From contig MESW01000006.1 of assembly GCA_001771135.1 (NCBI GenBank), positions 4,870 to 68,869 on the forward strand: 64,000 bases of DNA, written 5' to 3'. This stretch comes from a candidate division CPR3 bacterium GWF2_35_18 (GTDB lineage Bacteria; Patescibacteriota; CPR3; GWF2-35-18). Positions 19,246 to 26,773 of this stretch are shown here, in pieces; the stretch's first letter is position 1; each line of letters begins with the position of its first letter. The notes under the pieces are model-generated. The model was not told where the DNA came from. It saw nothing but the letters and a program-made list of their open reading frames with translations, and searched no databases. Both the position numbers and the translations under genes were made by a program.

Positions 19246-19336
19246 CGGAGAGGCAGGGATTCGAACCCTGGATACCAGTTTTAACCAGTATAACGGTTTA
19301 GCAAACCGCCGCTTTCGGCCACTCAGCCACCTCTCC
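19243..19336 (-). tRNA. tRNA-Ser (anticodon GCU), type II
   Basis: Revcomp GGAGAGG-UG-GCU-GAGUGGCCGAA-AGC…GCGGU-UUGCUAA-ACCGU-long variable arm-CAGGGUUCGAAUCCCUG-CCUCUCC-G-CCA. 94 nt. Confidence 0.85.
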
Positions 19337-19385
19337 AGAACAACGTCGAGTATATCAGAACAAGGCTAAACCGGCAATTAGTAGA

Positions 19386-20069
19386 CTATTTTCCATGCGC
19401 CAGCGTAAATCCCCAGACTTTTTGCACTCCGGCCTTTTTCAAAATCTTGGCACATTCATTCAAAGTTGCTCCAGAGGTAAATATATCGTCAACGAGTAAC
19501 GCTTTCATATTCTTAAATTTAACTTTTGAATTAACGGTAAAAGCATCTTTGATGTTTTCTTCCCGTGCTTTTTTATTCAACTTTACCTGACTCGAAGTAT
19601 CTTTGACTCTTTTTAAAATATCCGTTCTTAATTGAATATTTAGCTTACCGGATAAAACTTTTCCAATTATCTCTGCTTGGTTAAAACCTCGAGACTTTAG
19701 CCGTTTCTCATGTAGTGGCACCGGAATAATCATAAAGTCTTTGAACTGCTCAAGATCCAATTTACTAATTCCCCTGGCAACAAGTTCGTCGACATAGGAA
19801 AATAGATTCCGATACTTAATCTTTTTAATCGCTTCTTTGATTTTATCGTCGTAATAAAAACAGAAAGTTAATCCATCCAAGTTGTAACGTTTTTGGCAGA
19901 AATCATGCGTTTTCCCGATTAAGGAAGGATTGTAACAAATCGGACAAATTTGGGTTTTGGGAAAAGGAAGTTGGGAGACGCAATTTTGGCAGACTACAGA
20001 ACCAACTTGACCACAATACAAACATTTTTGGGGGAAGAGAAAATCGAGGATTGAATCAAGTATTTTCAT
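19386..20069 (-). CDS. comFC: ComF family protein (competence; phosphoribosyltransferase domain)
   Basis: N-terminal 4-Cys zinc finger (CLYCGQ…CQNC…CPIC…C). C-terminal PRTase motif ALLVDDIFTSGATLNE. Confidence 0.8.
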   Translation of the reverse strand: MKILDSILDFLFPQKCLYCGQVGSVVCQNCVSQLPFPKTQICPICYNPSLIGKTHDFCQKRYNLDGLTFCFYYDDKIKEAIKKIKYRNLFSYVDELVARGISKLDLEQFKDFMIIPVPLHEKRLKSRGFNQAEIIGKVLSGKLNIQLRTDILKRVKDTSSQVKLNKKAREENIKDAFTVNSKVKFKNMKALLVDDIFTSGATLNECAKILKKAGVQKVWGFTLAHGK

Positions 20070-20178
20070 ACGCTTTTCTTGTCATCCTGAGTCCGCCAGA
20101 TGGCGGATCGAAGGATCTAGACACAAAGTGTCGCCAAAAACACTTTGTTAGATTCTTCACTACGTTCAGAATGACAGT

Positions 20179-20421
20179 TTACTTCTTTTCTATTAATGTT
20201 AACTTTTTCTCCCTGGACATCTGTTTAATTTCAAATTCCCGCTTACACGCTTCTTCCTTCGTCTTATATTTTTCCTGGTAAACAATCTTTATGGGCAAGT
20301 GACTGCGCACGTATTTCGACCCTTTTCCCTCTCGATGTACGGTTAGACGTTTTTCAATGTCATTGGTAATTCCAGTATAGAGAGAATCATCGCCGCATTT
20401 AAGAATATATAAATAATACAT
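20179..20421 (-). CDS. GIY-YIG nuclease family protein (UPF0213/YhbQ-like)
   Basis: MYYLYILKCGDDSLYTGITNDIEKRLTVHREGKG… is the canonical GIY-YIG domain. 80 aa. Confidence 0.85.
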   Translation of the reverse strand: MYYLYILKCGDDSLYTGITNDIEKRLTVHREGKGSKYVRSHLPIKIVYQEKYKTKEEACKREFEIKQMSREKKLTLIEKK

Positions 20422-20445
20422 GGATAAAAATTTGTCTAACGGGAT

Positions 20446-20838
20446 TTAAAGACGATTACCTTTAATCAAAAACGCTTTAACCTTTTTAGACAAATCCGGA
20501 AGATTAGTATCAGACTTTATAATATAACCAACAGCTCCATAGCCGATTGCTTGTTTGATAATTGGTTCATTTGATAGTTGGGAAAGCATCACGATCGGAC
20601 CGTTACGAGATTTATCAGTATCGGTCAGTGCCTGAAGGACTTGGAGTCCATCGGTCATTGGCATCATGATGTCGAGAAGGATAAGATCAAATTCACCGTT
20701 TTTGATCTCCGTAATACCCTGGTCTCCATTTTTGGCAATAGTAATGGAATAACCTTCTTCGCAAAGATACTCCTCATACATCTCAGATAAATATTCTTCA
20801 TCTTCTACTAAGAGAATCTTTTTCTTTTCGTCTGGCAT
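20446..20838 (-). CDS. single-domain response regulator (CheY-like receiver)
   Basis: KILLVEDEE…DLILLDIMMPMTDGLQVLQAL…PIVMLS…: acidic pocket, phospho-acceptor Asp, and the T/S and K signature positions. No output domain. Confidence 0.85.
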   Translation of the reverse strand: MPDEKKKILLVEDEEYLSEMYEEYLCEEGYSITIAKNGDQGITEIKNGEFDLILLDIMMPMTDGLQVLQALTDTDKSRNGPIVMLSQLSNEPIIKQAIGYGAVGYIIKSDTNLPDLSKKVKAFLIKGNRL

Positions 20839-20924
20839 CTGACCTCCTTATTTTAGAGATTAAGATAATTATAGCAAATAGTTATAGCTTGAAGTAAATA
20901 GAATATAAAGATAATACATAAAAA

Positions 20925-21614
20925 CTAGTTATTAGATATACTAACTTCTATATGTTCAGAAATATCTAAATTATCAATAAGAGATTTTTCGTTAAAAGAT
21001 ATGTTAGATTTAATATACTTTTTCTCATGTATTTCCCTACTTAATTGATCTAGAATGTCGTCCCAATTATAAAGTTTAATATTATTATGCTTATAAAAAT
21101 ATTCACTTCTTATAGCTTTGTATATATTATAGTTTCCCTTCACATCTTGCATGTTGTGCTTATTAGATACTAATTTATCTCTCCTCCCAATTATTATTCC
21201 CCCAAATTTCACGTTGTAACGACTTGTTTTTAATCTGTCCCTAAATGTTTCATCATTAATAATATTGCTATAATAATTAATAAGTTGATTTTCAGCTTCA
21301 TACAAATGATTAGTAGGACGTATCCTGTGTTTCGTTTCCGTCTGAAAAATAGGTAACTGAGGAGATTTTATTTCCCAAAGATAGGCAATTTTTTCAGGTT
21401 GTTCATGATCGTCTTTTCCGTCTACCTTTATCAATAAATCAGAATTTCCACAATAAGATGGAGTTTCTGTTTCAAAGGAAATATTATCAAAGATTTTTAA
21501 ATCTACAAGAATATCTGGAACATTCTTAAGACAATCTCTACACTTTAATTCATTAAAAGTGCTTTCATTCATTAATTTCTTTAATTCTTTAAAAATAATT
21601 TTTCGATCATTCAT
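20925..21614 (-). CDS. hypothetical protein with a PD-(D/E)xK nuclease-like motif; AT-rich islet gene 2
   Basis: Very AT-rich. Motif …SDLLIKVDGKDDHEQPEKIAYLWEIKSPQ (a hydrophobic strand ending in D, then about 14 aa, then E-I-K) fits the restriction-endonuclease-like fold. The start is set at the internal MNDRK (21614), because the track's longer ORF would overlap the upstream gene by 137 nt. Confidence 0.35.
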   Translation of the reverse strand: MNDRKIIFKELKKLMNESTFNELKCRDCLKNVPDILVDLKIFDNISFETETPSYCGNSDLLIKVDGKDDHEQPEKIAYLWEIKSPQLPIFQTETKHRIRPTNHLYEAENQLINYYSNIINDETFRDRLKTSRYNVKFGGIIIGRRDKLVSNKHNMQDVKGNYNIYKAIRSEYFYKHNNIKLYNWDDILDQLSREIHEKKYIKSNISFNEKSLIDNLDISEHIEVSISNN

Positions 21615-22131
21615 TAAAATTACTCCAATGTTCGATCGAATAAACAACCAAATCATCAAAATAATTGTAAACATTTTTTTGATTAATCTCATCTCCAAAA
21701 GACAGTACATAAGCGAGATCAACTGTGTACTCATAATATCCATACTTTTTAGTATCTAAAATTTGTTTATGATTATTAAGTATTGCTGTTGAATCTTTTC
21801 CTAAGGAAAGAGAAAACATATTCTTAATAGTGCAACTGGTTATCAAAGTATTTTTATTTTCCAACCTAAAAGCAGTTTTTGAAACATTATCTTTAACTAT
21901 TAAACCTGGAAAAGACGATAGCTCTTTCCTGATTTTATCCTTTTTTCTTCTTTTTTCTTCTTCAGAATTTAGAAAAACTATTAGGATATATTTATTATTT
22001 TGTATTATTTTTACAGAAATTTTATTTTGTGAAAGAATATTGGGAAAAGATTGTTTAACTTCAGACGGCACTTTAAGTAATCGCTTCTTTATGATCTCTT
22101 TTATACGATTTTTATCTATTAATCTTGTCAT
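21607..22131 (-). CDS. hypothetical protein; AT-rich islet gene 1
   Basis: 174 aa, Lys/Asn-rich, no recognisable motif. Co-directional with the next gene and overlaps it by 8 nt. Confidence 0.35.
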   Translation of the reverse strand: MTRLIDKNRIKEIIKKRLLKVPSEVKQSFPNILSQNKISVKIIQNNKYILIVFLNSEEEKRRKKDKIRKELSSFPGLIVKDNVSKTAFRLENKNTLITSCTIKNMFSLSLGKDSTAILNNHKQILDTKKYGYYEYTVDLAYVLSFGDEINQKNVYNYFDDLVVYSIEHWSNFNE

Positions 22132-22164
22132 AATAATAAAGAAAAATTATAAGCGTAGTTTTTT

Positions 22165-22589
22165 GGTGGAGATGGGGGGATTTGCACCCCCGTCCAAAAG
22201 ATTTTCCCTAAAAAGTTCTACAGACATAGTCAGATGTTTTTACCTCCTATTCGCTTGCGCGGAGTTACTACTGGTAGATCATCTGACTTATCTATGATTC
22301 CAGTAGTAGTGTTGGGGTTTTAAAGTTCTTCATAATGCTTCCAACGGCAGCAAAACAAAGATTCTAGCTGTTTTATACTTCCAAGAATCCACTAGAAGAG
22401 ATTGCCTTGGAAATAGCTTATTTAGGCAAATGCAAAAGCATAAGAAGGAGCAGCAAAGCCGTCCTCGTTTCCTAAATCTGCATCGTTATAGTTTTTGGCA
22501 TTTAAAGCCTTATCTAGAAATTACGTGTTTACTAGAAAACCACGGTCTGCCTTTTTAAAGAGCTTCTTCTGTCAAAGCTAAACATCCCC
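22165..22589 (-). ncRNA. ssrA: tmRNA (ssrA)
   Basis: Reverse strand. 5' GGGGAUGUUUAGCUUUGACAG… 3' end …GGACGGGGGUGCAAAUCCCCCCAUCUCCACCA is a tRNA-Ala-like T-arm/acceptor (GGGGAUG pairs with CAUCUCC). Internal tag ORF GCC AAA AAC TAT AAC GAT GCA GAT TTA GGA AAC GAG GAC GGC TTT GCT GCT CCT TCT TAT GCT TTT GCA TTT GCC TAA gives (A)KNYNDADLGNEDGFAAPSYAFAFA*. smpB is adjacent. Confidence 0.8.
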
Positions 22590-22607
22590 ATAGACAAAAG
22601 TAACCGA

Positions 22608-22642
22608 ATTATACCCGAAATCACCTAATTTGTCACCTCAAA
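22608..22642 (-). promoter_or_regulatory. putative sigma-70 promoter for ssrA
   Basis: On the reverse strand, GTGACA (-35-like), a 16-17 nt spacer, then TATAAT (plus coordinates 22608-22613), about 19 nt upstream of the mature tmRNA 5' end. Confidence 0.35.
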
Positions 22643-22650
22643 TAATACAC

Positions 22651-22827
22651 TCACCATGTGAAAGAGTCTAGAAATTCACAATGAACGAAACGTATAAAAA
22701 ATGCTCCTGTTTAAGTTCGCCAAAGGCGACGAGTTAGCTTTTTAGTGGAGTGAGTTAATGAATTTCTTGACGATGAAACCTGGTGTCGTTTTTTGACTCC
22801 ATCTTTTGACGAAATAAAAGATGGAAA
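22651..22827. repeat. 175-bp direct repeat, copy A (between smpB and ssrA)
   Basis: About 90% identical to 23317..23491. Shared sub-elements: TGTGAA-N12-TTCACA palindrome, GTTCGCCAAAGGCGAC hairpin, CCATCTTTT-N8-AAAAGATGG hairpin. Confidence 0.85.
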
Positions 22828-22832
22828 CTATC

Positions 22833-23282
22833 TTACTCTCGATTTCTTTCTTTGAGCGCCACTGCAATGTCATGTTCAATGGCTTTTTTCTTCAATACTT
22901 CCCGTTTATCGTACTTCTTCCGACCTTGAGCTAGGCCAATTTCGAGCTTTATTAATCCCTTTTTTGCAAATATTTTTAGGGGGACAATCGTGAGTCCCGC
23001 CTGCAGTTTCTTCTGTAAATAATCAATCTCTCTTTTTTGTAGTAATAATTTCCTCGTTCGGGTCGTTTCTTCCTCAGCCATCGGCTTTTGATAGGAAGAG
23101 ATATGAACATTCAGCAAGATCGCCTCACCATTACGAATTCGCACAAACCCTTCTTTGAGACTCACATTTCCCTTTTTGACGCTTTTGACTTCCCAACCCA
23201 AAAGAGCGATTCCCGCGGTAAAAGTTTCGAGAATCGCATAATCAAAAGAAGCACGTTTGTTGACTTTAAATATCTGTGACAT
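22833..23282 (-). CDS. smpB: SsrA-binding protein SmpB
   Basis: NKRASFDYAILETFTAGIALLGWEVKSVKKGNVSLKEGFVRIRNGEAILLNVHISSYQ… matches the SmpB consensus. 149 aa, next to ssrA. Confidence 0.9.
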   Translation of the reverse strand: MSQIFKVNKRASFDYAILETFTAGIALLGWEVKSVKKGNVSLKEGFVRIRNGEAILLNVHISSYQKPMAEEETTRTRKLLLQKREIDYLQKKLQAGLTIVPLKIFAKKGLIKLEIGLAQGRKKYDKREVLKKKAIEHDIAVALKERNRE

Positions 23283-23316
23283 ATGGATATTTTAACATAT
23301 ATTGGATTTTTTATTC

Positions 23317-23491
23317 ACCATGTGGAAGAGTCTAGAAATTCACAATGAACGGAACGTCAAAAAAATGCTCTTGTTTGAGTTCGCCAAAGGCGACGAGTTA
23401 GCTTTTTAGTGGAGTGAATTGCTGAATTTCTTGACGATGTAACCTGGTGATGCTTTTTGACTCCATCTTTTGGCATTGCAAAAGATGGAAA
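23317..23491. repeat. 175-bp direct repeat, copy B (immediately upstream of smpB)
   Basis: See copy A. Fills the whole intergenic space between the 780-aa gene and smpB. Confidence 0.85.
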
Positions 23492-23497
23492 AAGTGT

Positions 23498-25840
23498 TTA
23501 AAGAGTGATACCTAAAATTTCTGTACCATTAATGACATAGAGATTCTTTTCGGTCGAATCAACATAAAAGGCTTTTAGATTGTTCCAAGAATCACTAAGG
23601 TATTGTTTCTGATACTTGCCGTTTTTATCAAAAACCACCACTCTCTTATTCGTTGCGTCTAAAATATAGATATTTTTAAAGTCTTCGTAGCTCTGAATCT
23701 GACTCGGATTATTAAGAGCGACATCAAGACCGGTTAGCTGAAACTCTTTTTTGGTTTGGGTCACATATTTCAGAACTTGGCCATCAGAAAGTAACACATA
23801 GATTGCACCATCAATGGAAATAGAGGTCGCTTTTTCAATATCCGCCTCCGAAGATTGCGGTAAATAAGCGTTACGATTACTGAAATTCGTAGTTCCGGCT
23901 ACATATTTCCAGATCTGTTTGGCGCCTTTATCCAGTAGGTAAAGATTGCCGTAATATTCACCCATATCCACGACATTCTGCCAAGTTTCATCCTTAGCAA
24001 TCACCTCTTCCCAGGTATTACCGCTCACATTATACTGACTAACACCGTTTCCGGAATAAGCATAAAGTTCACCTTCGCTCACCTGCAGTGATTTGATCGT
24101 GTTTTCGATCAGCGAATCTTTCACTTCTACCGCACCGGTATTTATATCCACCACAAAAAGATTATGATTATCAGAATCCAAAACAAATAAGTTTGTATCG
24201 ATAATCGTAAGATCAGTGGCTTGAACACCTTCCTTTTTCAGGTTTAGATCGGTGACAATTTTGGGATTAGAAACGCGCACGATTTTGTAAATAACTTCTT
24301 TGAGCTCTTGGAGCTTGTTTTCCAGATTTTGAATTTTATCGGAATCAAATTTCTTGTCTTTTAGTTCATTCCTAATCCCGACGCTATCATTATAAATATC
24401 CTGCCGCTGTGTATCCGAAAAGCTGACTCTTTTTGATTCTTCGATTTTGGCGATCGTCTGATCATACAAAGCGTTGTTTTGGGACTTCTGCTCATTTTCT
24501 TTTCGCAAATTACTGGTTAGAAAAATACTCACAACCAGTAAAATAACTAAAAGAATAATAAATAATAAACCTTTTTTGAGAAATAATTTGGAAAAGGCAT
24601 TCTCCTTGAGATATTGGTTGGGATCATCTTTCTTCTTTTCTCCACCTCTTCTTGATCTTGCCATTACAATCTGATCTTTAATCAGTAACCACTTTTTCTT
24701 CACTTTTAACACGAATTTCTTTATGAATTCAGGCATTTTTGAAGGTTTCTCTGGTTTATGAAAAGCTTCGCTGGCGTGCATTCTTTCCTTTTCTCTCATC
24801 GCTTCTGCTTCTGATAACTCCGAAAGATTCATCAGCGGATTATCGGCAACGATTTCCTCTTCTTCAGGATTTGTAGATTTGGATTTTTCCTCAGGAATAA
24901 AGACGGTTTCCAAACCTTCGTCCTGAATACTTTGGACGGTCGCAATATCGACTTTTTGTTTCCCTTCATTCATTGCTTTTTCCATCTTGGCATGCAGATC
25001 CTTCTCATGTTCAATCTCAATCGCTAAAGGCTTTTTCTTAAACAAAAAATGCATCTTTTGTTTGAAATTCACGGCCGTATTCGATAATCGATCAACCAGT
25101 TTGCTTTTTTCCTCCGTGGCCGGAATGGTTATCCTAATAATCTCTTCTTCCGAGGGAAAAATTCCCACGGACGACCGAATTACTAAAGCTTGTCCTAAGG
25201 TTAATTTTTTCTCTTTAAAAGATTCGTCGAGTTTTTTTATCGCTTCTTCAAAGTGGTGATTGGAAAGCCAGAGATTAACTTTTTTAAGATCAACATTTTT
25301 CCAGAAATCAGGAAGTCCTAAAATTAAGACATCATCTTTTTTGATTAAACCGCTGGCTATATGGATGGTGTTACTAAAAAGCTCTTCTTTAAGATTACTC
25401 TCCATATCCGAACCGATAAATTCGGATTCACCTTTACGAAGGAGTAAAGCTTTGGCCTTTCCGGTCTGAGCAATATATAAAACATTTCCCCAAAGTACAA
25501 AAACGACAACGTTAAATAAGGTGTCGCTATTATCTTCAGCAGAAAATTGATGGATGAGTCTGTGATGACCATACTTCACGGCTTGTTCAAGATTTTTTAG
25601 GACACTGTTTTCGGGATTTTGATAGTAAAAAGCGTTCACGTCATTCAAAAAATCTTTTAAAAATCCCCTTCCCTTTAGATTCCAACGACCTTTAAGGCAA
25701 GCTACGGCATAGATATTTCCCTTTTGTTGACGGACTTCCTGATCTTCCGGTTCAACATTCAGAAATTCTACCCATTCACCTTTACCTGCGTCTTTGACAC
25801 TGCCTATTTTTTTGAAGGTAACTTGAAGCTTTTTCTGCAT
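23498..25840 (-). CDS. membrane protein with an N-terminal PP2C-like (degenerate) phosphatase fold, one TM helix, a coiled coil and C-terminal NHL/YVTN-like beta-propeller repeats
   Basis: N-terminus …GNIYAVACLKGR…FNVVVFVLWGNVLYIAQTGKAKALLLRKG… follows the PP2C/SpoIIE strand pattern. TM helix LLFIILLVILLVVSIFL. The C-terminus repeats units of the type NLFVLDSDNHNLFVVD, GNLYLLDKGAKQIWKY, AIYVLLSDGQVLKY and KNIYILDATNKRVVVFD. Confidence 0.4.
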   Translation of the reverse strand: MQKKLQVTFKKIGSVKDAGKGEWVEFLNVEPEDQEVRQQKGNIYAVACLKGRWNLKGRGFLKDFLNDVNAFYYQNPENSVLKNLEQAVKYGHHRLIHQFSAEDNSDTLFNVVVFVLWGNVLYIAQTGKAKALLLRKGESEFIGSDMESNLKEELFSNTIHIASGLIKKDDVLILGLPDFWKNVDLKKVNLWLSNHHFEEAIKKLDESFKEKKLTLGQALVIRSSVGIFPSEEEIIRITIPATEEKSKLVDRLSNTAVNFKQKMHFLFKKKPLAIEIEHEKDLHAKMEKAMNEGKQKVDIATVQSIQDEGLETVFIPEEKSKSTNPEEEEIVADNPLMNLSELSEAEAMREKERMHASEAFHKPEKPSKMPEFIKKFVLKVKKKWLLIKDQIVMARSRRGGEKKKDDPNQYLKENAFSKLFLKKGLLFIILLVILLVVSIFLTSNLRKENEQKSQNNALYDQTIAKIEESKRVSFSDTQRQDIYNDSVGIRNELKDKKFDSDKIQNLENKLQELKEVIYKIVRVSNPKIVTDLNLKKEGVQATDLTIIDTNLFVLDSDNHNLFVVDINTGAVEVKDSLIENTIKSLQVSEGELYAYSGNGVSQYNVSGNTWEEVIAKDETWQNVVDMGEYYGNLYLLDKGAKQIWKYVAGTTNFSNRNAYLPQSSEADIEKATSISIDGAIYVLLSDGQVLKYVTQTKKEFQLTGLDVALNNPSQIQSYEDFKNIYILDATNKRVVVFDKNGKYQKQYLSDSWNNLKAFYVDSTEKNLYVINGTEILGITL

Positions 25841-25855
25841 GATAGTAATTGATAA

Positions 25856-26122
25856 TTAGGCTCTGATAGAAATCACTAAAAATAATAAACAAAGGGTATA
25901 AAGAAAATATATCCAAGCGACAATTTTAGTCCATGGAGATAGATTAGTATTTAAAAATTGGTTCATAATCTGCACCTGTCTCACAGTCAAAAAGGCGAAA
26001 AAGAGATAAAACAAAAGAAACACAATCGTTACAATTTTCATAATTCCGATAAAGGAAAAATCTCCTTGAGTAAAAAGGTGAGCGATATTGGTCCAAAATG
26101 TATCTAAAAAATCAATTTTCAT
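25856..26122 (-). CDS. small membrane protein (2 TM)
   Basis: 88 aa, two hydrophobic helices. Overlaps the upstream gene by 4 nt (ATGA). Confidence 0.3.
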   Translation of the reverse strand: MKIDFLDTFWTNIAHLFTQGDFSFIGIMKIVTIVFLLFYLFFAFLTVRQVQIMNQFLNTNLSPWTKIVAWIYFLYTLCLLFLVISIRA

Positions 26123-26718
26123 CTATTCTCCCTAATATCTTCTAATAACTTTCCGATAATCTTGTGCACTTCAGCCGGATCCGGGACCGCTTCAAATTCA
26201 AGATCAGAAAACTCCGCCGCCGTCTGCACCCGGATTAAACCAAAATTAAAAAGGAGAGCAAGTGTTCCCACGGTCTGGTGAGTAATATCCTGCACTTTGG
26301 TCAATTCCGCCTCGGAAACATTCTTGTATAAAATGCTGTGAAAATCTACATCCAAAAGCCTCTTGGTAGTAATCATATTGACGCTATAATACCAGGAAAT
26401 AAAATTGCTAAAGATATATCCGAAAATGAGTAAATACCAAACCGAATAAAGTAAGAAACTGACTGTGGGAGTAATTGAGTTTGTAATATCTTCCGGAAAA
26501 GCTAAACCTTTTAGAGAAGCTAGAATAAAGGGCACAAAAAAAAGGAAGATACTAATTATGACCCATCCCAAATTGGTAACCCAATGTCTTCGCAAAAGAA
26601 GCACCACCTTCTCTTCACTGTCTTGAGTAGCAAAATGGACTTTGGGAGGAAACCAGGCAAAAGAAGTTAGAGGATTAATTGTTGGTTTAAACTTTTCAAG
26701 TGTTTCAAGATTTGACAT
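26119..26718 (-). CDS. membrane protein, possibly bacterial PH-domain (bPH_2/YdbT-like)
   Basis: Two TM helices, then a soluble domain. The WFPPKVHFATQDSEEKVVLLLRRHW segment fits membrane-anchored bPH proteins only loosely. Confidence 0.3.
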   Translation of the reverse strand: MSNLETLEKFKPTINPLTSFAWFPPKVHFATQDSEEKVVLLLRRHWVTNLGWVIISIFLFFVPFILASLKGLAFPEDITNSITPTVSFLLYSVWYLLIFGYIFSNFISWYYSVNMITTKRLLDVDFHSILYKNVSEAELTKVQDITHQTVGTLALLFNFGLIRVQTAAEFSDLEFEAVPDPAEVHKIIGKLLEDIRENR

Positions 26719-26773
26719 ATTAAATCTTATTGTAACTCAAAAATAAAAAAGAAAAAAGGACAACTTCTTATCT

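Noticed and set aside
21830-22297. The 155-aa plus-strand ORF.
   Set aside because: It overlaps the 3' half of tmRNA and the AT-rich tail of the upstream gene. It has no RBS or coherent composition.
22651-23491. Whether the 175-bp repeats could be a CRISPR array or IS inverted repeats.
   Set aside because: There are only two copies and they are 175 bp long. No short regularly spaced repeat-spacer structure, no transposase and no cas genes are present. The copies are in direct, not inverted, orientation.
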